Shown here: positions 28,794 to 37,437 of the stretch, piece after piece
Position numbering within the stretch: position 1 is the stretch's first letter
Layout of the letters: each line of letters begins with the position of its first letter
Assembly (NCBI GenBank): GCA_016188385.1
Contig: JACPHV010000002.1
Coordinates: forward strand, 101,682 to 165,681
From: Candidatus Uhrbacteria bacterium
Lineage (GTDB): Bacteria; Patescibacteriota; Patescibacteriia; JACQRZ01
Length of the DNA stretch: 64,000 nucleotides
Reading direction: 5' to 3'
Made by a program: the position numbers and the translations under genes
Notes under the pieces: generated by a model
Database searches by the model: none
What the model saw: only the letters and a program-made list of their open reading frames with translations
What the model was told of the DNA's origin: nothing

Positions 28794-31258
28794 AGCGATG
28801 AGTATAACAATCCTATCGGGGTGCTGGCAAGAAACGGCGCGACCGTATGCCGGATAATTCCGTCAGTGGACGATTTGCCGAACGGAGCAGTAAACTCAAT
28901 GGTTCCTTGACCAGGAAACCGCGCTTCGAATCCAAAAGATTCTATGCGGGATCCTGACTGCCGATCCACAAATAGATCATAGGGTATCCGATCACCTTTT
29001 TTGAAAGATGACAGCCGGAATGGAAGTCGGTAGGTAATGGTAGCGCGAGTGGTTTGCCCGACTGAAGTCTGCAGCCAATTTGAGAATACGGTTTTGCCAA
29101 ACGAATCATAGATTACCGTGCCGCTGTGCTCATCGATCCTCATATGAGATTCTCTGCCGACAAGGTCTGCGTCCTGTACGGCGTTGGTCGGAGGATTTTC
29201 AAATTCCGTACGCGGGGGCGGAGTAAACCCGGCCGCCGAAAGCAATTCAGCGCCGAATGGAACATAGATGCGCACATGATTGATATTCTTCCTGCCGGTA
29301 AAAAAATCTCCTTTCTTGCCGTGATGCGAGCGCGTAATCGTCAAACTTGCGGTAAGGCTGCCGTTCTCATCAGCGCTGATCACATAGGACGCTTCCGCGT
29401 TGATTGCGGCATCCGTCTTGCCTCCCCCGATGTTCGTATCAACAATCATAAGATAATCGCTCTTTACGTGCGGCAGGCTGTTATCAAGTTGGAGAGAATG
29501 CAGTATCTGCTGGGACTGCTCATCTCTGAAATAGAGTTGGATATCTTTGGACAGCAATGCGTCTATTACAAGCGCAAGCAGTTCTCCTCTATGCTGCTCC
29601 GGATGCGATTCAATTTGTTTCCTCACACCATCAATTAAGGATCCCAAAAATTCCTTCGGCTTGTTTTTTTTTCTGTCATAAGCGAGTTCTGTGTGCATCT
29701 GCGTGATATCAATAACAGTATCGGCAGTGATCGGCTGATCCGAATCTGGATGCTCGATGGGGCCGATGATATCTAGCACGCGCTGAGCGACCGATGCGTT
29801 TATGGTGATGACACCGTCAACGCTTGGGCCTCCCGCGCTTTCATAAAACCACATAATCTTTTGCGCCGACGCCGGAAAATCAGGATACCAATTCGCGTCC
29901 TGAAATTCCCATCGCGGATTAATGATGCGAAGAGGCAATGGCGCTGCAAGAACGGGACGAAGCTGTCCTTGCACGTCATATGTTCCGCCGCCGGGGATTT
30001 CAATGTTTTTTACGGCCCCTTTTTTCACGTCAAGCAGTGCAAAGCTGCCCATAAACCCTCCCGTAGCCCTGATCTCGCGGTCATTTTGCATCACAACGAG
30101 ATAACGGCGATCACTTGAGATGCCGAGCGCGTTGTGCGACAGCTCAAGCACATTACGGAGCATGTTGATCGAGGAAAGAATGTTCGCGCTAGAATTTCGC
30201 GCTTGGGTAAAATCAGTACGGTACTCTTCGGGAAGTGATTCGGAATCAATCAAGGCCAACTTTGATTCGACTGATGATAATGTAATCCCAATATCACTGA
30301 TTGCTTGGTTGGCTGACGCTAGGGTTTCTTCAATCCGATGAGGGGCAAAGGCGTCCGGGGAAGATACAATTGCCATCGCGTCAGCGCTTTGAGCTCCTGC
30401 TGATGCGAGTTGCGCGCCAACCTCAAGGAGAATCTCGGCATCGGAAAGTTTTTTCCCGTAGATCGGGATAAAACGCGCGATCGCAAGCACATGATCCCCT
30501 GCCGCGCGCAAGCTTGATTGCGCTTGGGTAAAATCTTGGAAACTTCTTGCAAAGCCAGACTGTGCCGCTCCCATATCGCTGATCGCAAGCGCGGCTACTC
30601 CCGCGGAAAAATGATTGAATCCGGATTTTCCGTAATAAATAGTCTTATCACGCACATCCTGCAATGATTCCAAAGATCCTAAAACAATAAACGGGGAAGC
30701 GAGAAAAAAAGCAATGATGATAAATGATACTACGTGCACATGCCAACCCGGCGAAAGGGAAAAACGAGGCAATCGAATCGAGGGAAGACGGACATAATCG
30801 GAGTATGCATTGATACGCGGAATTCGTTTCTGTAAAACGCGTGATTCAATCAAGTTTGGAAATGATCTTATGCGTACGCCATCCCACGAATCGATGATTT
30901 CTCGCAGCGCGCATTCAAATCTTTCTGATACCACGCGACAGATAAATCGCAAAAGCAAGAGCGGGATATGAAACGTGAAAGCAAAAAAAAGGGTAATCCC
31001 GACTCTGCACGCTCGAACACATGCTGTAAGCAAATCATAAGCCGCTCTGATAAGTATGTGTGACGCCTGAAGTGTCCTGATCCCTACAATCGCATGACAC
31101 CAAATCAAATCAATAATCGACAAGTGGAAATCAAGTGCATCTCGCAACTTTACTTCCGTGTTCTCTGATGCTGATACGGATTGAGGTGCAAGAAAATTAA
31201 AGCTGATAGCACGCCTTTTCATGGGATAAATTATATCATGCCGTGATAGCGCAATCAA
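28790..31258 (-). CDS. Large membrane-anchored hypothetical protein (DUF4012-like central domain suspected)
   Basis: Two N-terminal TM helices, then an 822-aa mostly extracytoplasmic body. The segment RYLVVMQNDREIRATGGFMGSFALLDV resembles the DUF4012 signature. This assignment is from memory and is not verified. Confidence 0.5.
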   Translation of the reverse strand: MIALSRHDIIYPMKRRAISFNFLAPQSVSASENTEVKLRDALDFHLSIIDLIWCHAIVGIRTLQASHILIRAAYDLLTACVRACRVGITLFFAFTFHIPLLLLRFICRVVSERFECALREIIDSWDGVRIRSFPNLIESRVLQKRIPRINAYSDYVRLPSIRLPRFSLSPGWHVHVVSFIIIAFFLASPFIVLGSLESLQDVRDKTIYYGKSGFNHFSAGVAALAISDMGAAQSGFARSFQDFTQAQSSLRAAGDHVLAIARFIPIYGKKLSDAEILLEVGAQLASAGAQSADAMAIVSSPDAFAPHRIEETLASANQAISDIGITLSSVESKLALIDSESLPEEYRTDFTQARNSSANILSSINMLRNVLELSHNALGISSDRRYLVVMQNDREIRATGGFMGSFALLDVKKGAVKNIEIPGGGTYDVQGQLRPVLAAPLPLRIINPRWEFQDANWYPDFPASAQKIMWFYESAGGPSVDGVITINASVAQRVLDIIGPIEHPDSDQPITADTVIDITQMHTELAYDRKKNKPKEFLGSLIDGVRKQIESHPEQHRGELLALVIDALLSKDIQLYFRDEQSQQILHSLQLDNSLPHVKSDYLMIVDTNIGGGKTDAAINAEASYVISADENGSLTASLTITRSHHGKKGDFFTGRKNINHVRIYVPFGAELLSAAGFTPPPRTEFENPPTNAVQDADLVGRESHMRIDEHSGTVIYDSFGKTVFSNWLQTSVGQTTRATITYRLPFRLSSFKKGDRIPYDLFVDRQSGSRIESFGFEARFPGQGTIEFTAPFGKSSTDGIIRHTVAPFLASTPIGLLYSSL

Positions 31259-31464
31259 TGCGTCTTATTATGGTTGCTATAATTCATGTATTACGTATAA
31301 TACGCCTATTGATTATTGTGGGAGTCTTCCGCAATGTATCACTCGAGGCGGAGCATTGTGGCGGCACATGTATACAGTTCATTGCGGACGCTTAGCCTCT
31401 CTACGCGTAGCTTTCGAGTTGGAGCGTGTCGATAGTACGCACGCTTCGCCCTCGGAGATTTTTT

Positions 31465-31535
31465 CGGGCTGGAGTATGCCGGTAGTACGCACGCTTCGGG
31501 TGCGTGTAGACTGGGTTCAATTCCCAGCAGCCCGA
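31465..31535 (+). tRNA. tRNA-Pro (anticodon CGG)
   Basis: CGGGCTGGAGTATGCCGGTAGTACGCACGCTTCGGGTGCGTGTAGACTGGGTTCAATTCCCAGCAGCCCGA. The 7-bp acceptor is CGGGCTG/CAGCCCG, the D-stem GTAT/GTAC, and the anticodon stem CACGC/GCGTG with loop TTCGGGT (U33, G37). The T-arm is CTGGG-TTCAATT-CCCAG. G8 replaces the usual U8. Confidence 0.65.
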
Positions 31536-31716
31536 AAAAATCCCCGAGACAATTACATACGGACGAAGTCCGTGTAGACTGGGTTCAATTCCCAGCAGCC
31601 CGATGGGCGGCGAGTATTGATGAAAAAATATCCGTAGAACTGCCGAAGGCAATGTTTAGGCGGACAGGGAAACTATGTTTCTGCAGTCTCAACCTATACT
31701 ATACAAGTGATGCCAC

Positions 31717-32616
31717 ATGAAAAGTACCACGAACAAAAAAGCTACCATCGGCCTTGTCCAGATGAGAATGAGCGCGGAACGAGATGCGAATCTTGCTTAT
31801 GCGCTCGAACATGCTCGCGCGCTTGCAATGCGCGGCGCGCAGATCATCTGCCTGCCGGAGCTTTTCTTGAATCCCTATTTTTGCCAGACAAAAGACTCTT
31901 CATTGTTTGATCTTGCAGAATCAATCCCGGGGCCGGCGACGGATGATTTCGCGTTGCTTGCCAGCGAGACAAAGACCGTTATCTTACTGCCATTGTTCGA
32001 GAAATCGGCAGATGGAAGATACTTCAACTCCATAGCGGTCATCGGAACGACCGGAAAGATTCTGGGCGTATACCATAAAATGCATATTCCTTCGCTGCCT
32101 CCTGATTTATACGCGGAAAATTTTTATTTTGAAAAAGGCGACACAGGCTTTATCGTCATAGACACTCCTTACGCCTCAATCGCTCCCCTCATATGCTATG
32201 ATCAGTGGTTCCCTGAATCGGCGCGTATTGCTGCGGCGAACGGCGCGCAGATTCTTTTCTATCCCACCGCGATCGGATGGCCTACAGGTCCGCGCTTGCA
32301 AGCGGAGACATTGGATAGAGCCGAATATGAAGCATGGCAAGTAATCCAGCGAGGTCACGCGATTGCCAACACTGTGTTCGTTGCGGCAGCAAACCGCGTC
32401 GGACACGAGGCGAATCTGAAATTTTGGGGCACTTCATTCGTAAGCAATCCGTACGGTACGCTGATCGCAAAAGCATCGACTGACAAAGCCGAAGATCTCA
32501 TTGTTGAATGCGACCTCTCGATTATCGATCAGATGCGCGCTGATTGGCCTTTCCTTGACGAACGTCGTATCAAATGCGAACAAGCGCCATCAAGCGATCG
32601 AAAGCCTGTATCTTAA
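31717..32616 (+). CDS. aguB: N-carbamoylputrescine amidase (carbon-nitrogen hydrolase family)
   Basis: Nitrilase-superfamily Glu-Lys-Cys blocks (IGLVQM...CLPELF; ICYDQWFPE). It is immediately followed by agmatine deiminase. Confidence 0.75.
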   Translation: MKSTTNKKATIGLVQMRMSAERDANLAYALEHARALAMRGAQIICLPELFLNPYFCQTKDSSLFDLAESIPGPATDDFALLASETKTVILLPLFEKSADGRYFNSIAVIGTTGKILGVYHKMHIPSLPPDLYAENFYFEKGDTGFIVIDTPYASIAPLICYDQWFPESARIAAANGAQILFYPTAIGWPTGPRLQAETLDRAEYEAWQVIQRGHAIANTVFVAAANRVGHEANLKFWGTSFVSNPYGTLIAKASTDKAEDLIVECDLSIIDQMRADWPFLDERRIKCEQAPSSDRKPVS

Positions 32617-32626
32617 GCATGCTCAT

Positions 32627-33637
32627 ATGTACCGAATGCCTGCGGAGTGGGAACAACATGAGGGCACATGGATCGCATGGCCGCATAACGAAGAGCATTG
32701 GCCGGGAAAGTTTAAGTCGATCCCTCCCGTGTATGGTGAATTGGTACGGGCCTTGATTGAAGGCGGTGAAAAAGTCTTTATCCTTGTGAATGATGCGGAG
32801 GCGGCGGATGAGGCGCGGGAATACATCAAAAGCAATTCAGCGGATATCGTGTTTCACCATATCCCTACGAATTCATCGTGGACGCGTGATTTCGGCCCGA
32901 TATTCGTGTACGACGAAGGTGGAAAACTCCATATTACGGATTGGGGCTTCAACATGTGGGGAGACAAATACCAACCTTGGGATCTTGACGCGGGGGTGCC
33001 AAAAAAAATTGCCGCGCTCTTTGAATTTCCTCGACTCGATCCGAACATGATCCTTGAAGGGGGGTCGATCGATGTGAATGGGCAAGGGGTATTACTCACT
33101 ACACGGCAATGCCTCCTGAACAAGAACCGCAACCCATCACTTACGCAACCACAGATCGAAGAACGCCTTAGCATGTATCTCGGAATACGACAGATACTAT
33201 GGCTTGACGAAGGAATCGTAGGAGATGACACCGATGGGCATATTGATGATATCGCGCGATTCACTGACAGCAACACGATCATCTGTCAGATGGAGCGCGA
33301 CACCGGCGATGGAAACGCGGCGATTCTTCAAAAAAACTTTGAGTTTCTCTCTCGCGCGCGAAATCAGAAAGGCGAGCAATTCCATATCGTCGCGCTGGAC
33401 ATGCCGGATCCGGTTTACTGTGATGGGCAACGACTGCCGGCAAGCTATGCAAATTTTTATATCGCAAATACTGCCGTGTTGGTACCGACATTCAATTGCG
33501 CAAAGGATGCGCGGGCGTTGGATACGTTTTCAAGGCTCTTTCCATCACGAAGAATCATAGGTATTGATGCTGTTGATTACGTCTGGGGTTTAGGTACCAT
33601 CCATTGTTCAACGCAACAGCAGCCAAAAGCCCGCTAA
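32627..33637 (+). CDS. aguA: Agmatine deiminase
   Basis: MYRMPAEWEQHEGTWIAWPH..., an agmatine deiminase/PAD-family N-terminus. The C-terminal catalytic Cys region is GLGTIHCSTQQQP. The start is trimmed from 32501 to the ATG at 32627, just after the aguB stop. Confidence 0.8.
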   Translation: MYRMPAEWEQHEGTWIAWPHNEEHWPGKFKSIPPVYGELVRALIEGGEKVFILVNDAEAADEAREYIKSNSADIVFHHIPTNSSWTRDFGPIFVYDEGGKLHITDWGFNMWGDKYQPWDLDAGVPKKIAALFEFPRLDPNMILEGGSIDVNGQGVLLTTRQCLLNKNRNPSLTQPQIEERLSMYLGIRQILWLDEGIVGDDTDGHIDDIARFTDSNTIICQMERDTGDGNAAILQKNFEFLSRARNQKGEQFHIVALDMPDPVYCDGQRLPASYANFYIANTAVLVPTFNCAKDARALDTFSRLFPSRRIIGIDAVDYVWGLGTIHCSTQQQPKAR

Positions 33638-33754
33638 GAACACACGCTGTTCCACTTCTTGGAAATATGGTATACTATACCTGTGTGTATTCATAACTGT
33701 TTTTCGCTCTTTTACATACCATTCCTCTAAAACCTCTCAAAGGAGGTGAATAGC

Positions 33755-34120
33755 ATGACCAAAGAGGAATACCTGGAAAGAGGAGGAGAGCTTTTTTTAA
33801 CACGGCTCGTGCATGCGCTCATGAAATTTCTGCAGTTTCGACCGGATACCTTTGATCTCAAATATCGTAATGGCGTCCTTACCATCGAAGCTCAAGAAAT
33901 CAAATACTCTGCCGCGGCAATCGTAAGATTTGAGACCGCTCTCTCTGCTGAAATCAGATGTGATCTGTTTGCCGATCAACGCCTGCTCGAATTCGCGAAC
34001 GCGAAGATCTACATCACATTTAACGGCGGAAAGATGCTGCGTGTGTTCTCGGCGCGAGACACGCTCTATCGCGGCATCGTACTGTCAGAAGTTCAATTGA
34101 GGCACGGAGGCCGCAAGTAG
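33755..34120 (+). CDS. Hypothetical protein (122 aa)
   Basis: The ATG is preceded by AAAGGAGGTG 8 nt upstream. No recognisable domain. Confidence 0.4.
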   Translation: MTKEEYLERGGELFLTRLVHALMKFLQFRPDTFDLKYRNGVLTIEAQEIKYSAAAIVRFETALSAEIRCDLFADQRLLEFANAKIYITFNGGKMLRVFSARDTLYRGIVLSEVQLRHGGRK

Positions 34121-34122
34121 CA

Positions 34123-34338
34123 ATGTTCCACACTCTCCTTGCCCGGCCCCTGTTGTACGGCATATGCCGCTTGATAGGGGTCGGGATCCACTTCTTGCCC
34201 ACCATCTTGCCAGCGACTAGGGTATCCCGATATCCTGTTCGCTGTTCGGATGCAGCGCACGTTTTTCCGCTTCAGCGGATTATAAGAAGAGGAATCTCAA
34301 AGGAATTCCAAAAGATTCCTCCACGGAGGATTGGGTAA
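34123..34338 (+). CDS. Hypothetical small protein (71 aa)
   Basis: Starts 3 nt after the previous stop. GGAGG lies 12 nt upstream. Weak call. Confidence 0.25.
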   Translation: MFHTLLARPLLYGICRLIGVGIHFLPTILPATRVSRYPVRCSDAAHVFPLQRIIRRGISKEFQKIPPRRIG

Positions 34339-34715
34339 TGCATTATGAGGAGGACCGTTTCTTACGGAGAGAAGCTGAGCACTTTTTCAAAGACTGTGTG
34401 AGTTCGATCTTCGAACATCTCGGATTTCCGCCAAAGGAGTGGAGCTACGACCTGCGATGGTGTCGAGAAAAGGAAACGAACGAAGAGGGGCACGGAGCAT
34501 TTCTGCTCAAAGGAGATGTCTACGGCGGGCCTGTCAGCCTGCCTGTGAATACCGTTGCAACCCTCTTTTACAAGCTTCAAGACCTGTACTTCCAGGTCGG
34601 GCAAATTTCGTTTCACCTTCCCGACGGCCGCGTATGGCCATATGTCTGCTCCAGATTTGAAGGAAAATTCGTCGTCAGTTCTTGCGACCCATGTCAATCT
34701 TCTGACGCAGCCTGA
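34338..34715 (+). CDS. Hypothetical protein (125 aa)
   Basis: GGAGGA lies 6 nt upstream of the ATG. Its stop overlaps the previous ORF (ATGA-like coupling). It competes with the antisense ORF 34362-34907. Confidence 0.35.
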   Translation: MHYEEDRFLRREAEHFFKDCVSSIFEHLGFPPKEWSYDLRWCREKETNEEGHGAFLLKGDVYGGPVSLPVNTVATLFYKLQDLYFQVGQISFHLPDGRVWPYVCSRFEGKFVVSSCDPCQSSDAA

Positions 34716-34805
34716 CTTCTTTCCGCCTGCCCCCTGCCGCGAGGTCGGGGGCAATTTTTTTACCTGTGCAGTTGACGATAGCGCGAGAATGTAATGTAAT
34801 AGAAG

Positions 34806-35750
34806 TTGAAATCGAACCCCGCATGTATGATTAAAATATATTATAAAAGCATTAAGGAAAAGGAAGCGCAGTTGCTCGATGAGTTCAAAATCGGGTCCTG
34901 GGTGCATCTTGAAAACCCGACTCCCGAAGAACTTGAAAAAACCGTCGAGATGCTATCCGTTGAGCATGATCTTCTTAAAGACGCGCTTGATATATACGAG
35001 GTTCCTCGTATGGAGACGGAAAAAGACACCACCTATATCTTCACGCGATTTTGCTTCAGTCCTGATGCTGACCAGATTCACACCGCCCCCATTTTGCTTG
35101 TCATTGGAGAGTACTTCTTTCTTACGGTGACAGACCAACGCTTCCCGCCGCTCGAAAAATTTTTATCAGGCGGGATTCCTTTTTATACAACCCAAAAAAC
35201 AAAATTATTTTTGCAGGTTTTTTATCAGATCAATCTCACATTTAATGTATTTCTGCATACCATCAGCAGGACGATTCGACGCATCAGTATCAAGCTCGAA
35301 CAAATTAACAATAAAGATATCATGCAATTCGTATCCTTCGAGACTGTGTTAAATGATTTCTTGTCCGCGCTCGTACCGACGAACACAATCCTGGAAAATC
35401 TTCTTTCCGGAAAATTCCTGCGCTTGTATGAAGCTGATAAAGACCTTATCGAAGATCTGTTCCTCAATAATGGCCAGCTCATCAAAATCTCCGAGTCGAA
35501 CTTAAAAACGATTGTTAACATCCGCGAGTCATATTCAACTCTTTTGACAAATAATCTTAACAGGGTAATCAAATTTCTTACCGCAGTCACGGTTCTTTTG
35601 ACCGTGCCGACGATGGTAGCGAGCGTGTATGGCATGAACGTGCAGCTGCCATATGCCGATTCTCCTTTTGCATTTTTGTTTATTACGATTGGCGTTCTGA
35701 CCGTATCGCTTGCTCTCATCTTTCTTTTTATAAGAAATCGCTGGCTCTAG
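34806..35750 (+). CDS. corA: CorA-family Mg2+/Co2+ transporter
   Basis: Two C-terminal TM helices with the signature YGMN motif (MVASVYGMNVQLPYADSPFAFLFITIGVL). Confidence 0.75.
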   Translation: MKSNPACMIKIYYKSIKEKEAQLLDEFKIGSWVHLENPTPEELEKTVEMLSVEHDLLKDALDIYEVPRMETEKDTTYIFTRFCFSPDADQIHTAPILLVIGEYFFLTVTDQRFPPLEKFLSGGIPFYTTQKTKLFLQVFYQINLTFNVFLHTISRTIRRISIKLEQINNKDIMQFVSFETVLNDFLSALVPTNTILENLLSGKFLRLYEADKDLIEDLFLNNGQLIKISESNLKTIVNIRESYSTLLTNNLNRVIKFLTAVTVLLTVPTMVASVYGMNVQLPYADSPFAFLFITIGVLTVSLALIFLFIRNRWL

Positions 35751-35774
35751 TATTTATTTTTCGCATACCAAACC

Positions 35775-36728
35775 ATGAAATGCCTAGTCACCGGCGGCGC
35801 GGGATTTATCGGAAGCCATCTCACAGAAGAGCTCATCCGTCTCGGCCATTCTGTAGTTGTTGTGGATAACTTTTCCCTCGGGTCTGCTGATAATCTTGCT
35901 GCGGTCGCGTCTTCGCTTCGCCTGAAGGTATACCAAGCTGATATCAATAGTGATCTTACGGATATTTTTTCTCGTGAGGGATTTGCGGCGGTCTTCCACC
36001 TTGCCGCCATCCCTCGCGCGCGCTATTCCGTGATGCAGCCGCGGGAAACGAATCAATCCAATGTAAGCGGCATGTTTAATGTGCTCGAATCAGCTCGTAT
36101 GTTTGGCGTTAAGCGATTTGTCTTTTCTTCAAGCGCTTCCGTATATGGAGAAACGGAACTCATGCCGCTTGTCGAAAAAACTATTCCATGTCCTGTATCT
36201 CCTTATGCTCTGGAAAAATCGATCGGGGAACAATACTGCAGGCTCTACGCGCAACTCTACGGTATGGAAACCATATCGCTTCGGTATTTTAATGTATACG
36301 GACAAAGACAGAATCCGGCAGGCGACTATTCTTGTCTGATACCTAAGTTTATGAAATTGCTCACGCAAGGGTGTCAGCCGGAAATTTACGGCGATGGGGA
36401 ACAGACAAGGGATTTTGTGCATGTATCTGATGTGGTGCGCGCCAATATCATAGCCGGATTCAAAGCATCCAGGGAATGTTTTGGAGATATGTTCAATATC
36501 GGGACCGGCACGCAGTACTCCGTTCGTGATGTCTATGGCATCATACGCGAGATTACAAAAAGATACGATATTGAAGCACGGCATTGTCCCCCCTATATCG
36601 AACCGCGGGCATCCTGCGCAGATACTGCAAAATCACACCTTGTGCTTGGTTGGCTTCCATGCGTTGAATTCAAAGAGGGGCTTGCGCAGACATACTCAAC
36701 AACGTATGAATCGCATATTACTGTCTGA
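35775..36728 (+). CDS. NAD-dependent epimerase/dehydratase (UDP-sugar 4-epimerase-like SDR)
   Basis: The Rossmann GxxGxxG is TGGAGFIGSHL. The catalytic YxxxK is YALEK, with an S in SSSASVYG. Confidence 0.8.
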   Translation: MKCLVTGGAGFIGSHLTEELIRLGHSVVVVDNFSLGSADNLAAVASSLRLKVYQADINSDLTDIFSREGFAAVFHLAAIPRARYSVMQPRETNQSNVSGMFNVLESARMFGVKRFVFSSSASVYGETELMPLVEKTIPCPVSPYALEKSIGEQYCRLYAQLYGMETISLRYFNVYGQRQNPAGDYSCLIPKFMKLLTQGCQPEIYGDGEQTRDFVHVSDVVRANIIAGFKASRECFGDMFNIGTGTQYSVRDVYGIIREITKRYDIEARHCPPYIEPRASCADTAKSHLVLGWLPCVEFKEGLAQTYSTTYESHITV

Positions 36729-36921
36729 ACGTAATGCTATTTTGTTTCTCGATGCAAGACGTGTTTTTTGCATTTCTTGCAAAACTTCTTTAATTCCAGG
36801 CGTCCCTTTAATTTCTTCTTGTTCTTAAAGGTATGCGGTCCCACAGTTTTACAATCTGTACATTCCAGCTTGATCAATCGATCTTGTGACATACGAATCT
36901 ATTATGTATAAATCCATCCAT

Positions 36922-36994
36922 AGCCACCTCTCGGATTCGAACCGAGGACCTTCACTTTACAAAAGTGTTGCTCTGCCGCTGAGCTAAGGTGGCT
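36922..36994 (-). tRNA. tRNA-Thr (anticodon TGT)
   Basis: The minus-strand sequence GCCACCTTAGCTCAGCGGCAGAGCAACACTTTTGTAAAGTGAAGGTCCTCGGTTCGAATCCGAGAGGTGGCT has acceptor GCCACCT/AGGTGGC and anticodon loop TTTGTAA. Confidence 0.75.
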
Positions 36995-37080
36995 CATGTA
37001 CTCGGCGCTGCGCACCAAAAGCTTCCGTTGTCGCTTTTTCTCGCACCCGTGCAAATCCGCGATCGTTTCAAAGATACTCA

Positions 37081-37163
37081 TTGGGCGGTGAGGGATTTGC
37101 ACCCCCGAAGGCGTAAGCCAGCTGATTTACAGTCAGCCCCGTTTGACTGCTTCGGTAACCGCC
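37081..37163 (-). tRNA. tRNA-Tyr (anticodon GTA), long variable arm
   Basis: The minus-strand sequence GGGCGGTTACCGAAGCAGTCAAACGGGGCTGACTGTAAATCAGCTGGCTTACGCCTTCGGGGGTGCAAATCCCTCACCGCCCA has anticodon stem GCTGA/TCAGC, loop CTGTAAA, and a 14-nt variable arm. Confidence 0.75.
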
Positions 37164-37166
37164 CTA

Positions 37167-37241
37167 TTGGAGCCCACGAGCAGACTTGAACTGCTGACCT
37201 ACTCCTTACCATGGAGTTGCTCTACCACTGAGCTACGTGGG
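37167..37241 (-). tRNA. tRNA-Thr (anticodon GGT), CCA encoded
   Basis: The minus-strand sequence GCCCACGTAGCTCAGTGGTAGAGCAACTCCATGGTAAGGAGTAGGTCAGCAGTTCAAGTCTGCTCGTGGGCTCCA has anticodon stem ACTCC/GGAGT and loop ATGGTAA. Confidence 0.8.
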
Positions 37242-37437
37242 CATTACGTAAGAGACCCATTTATTGACATTCACCAATTGCGTTAACAAGAAAAAATGTT
37301 TGATTTTGAGGCAGATCTGCAGCTCTGGAGGCGTAAAAAACCGCAGACGTACTATTAGTACGATGAGGATTTTTTGCGGCGAAGAGCAAGGAGCTGGTCA
37401 AAATCATAGGCTTTTTCGTTAAGGTAATTGGCGAATG

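Noticed and set aside
31356-31652. ORFs 31356-31577 (plus) and 31401-31652 (minus)
   Set aside because: They cover the tRNA-Pro gene and its partial duplicates. The region is RNA-coding and repeat, not protein-coding.
34362-34907. 181-aa minus-strand ORF overlapping the third small plus-strand ORF and the corA start
   Set aside because: It would overlap the well-supported corA start and lacks an SD sequence. The plus-strand trio has consistent SD spacing. This is not fully excluded and is flagged in the findings.
36729-36900. Possible hairpin TGCAAGA...TCTTGCA after the epimerase gene as a terminator
   Set aside because: The stem is not followed by a T-tract on the relevant strand, so it is too weak to annotate.
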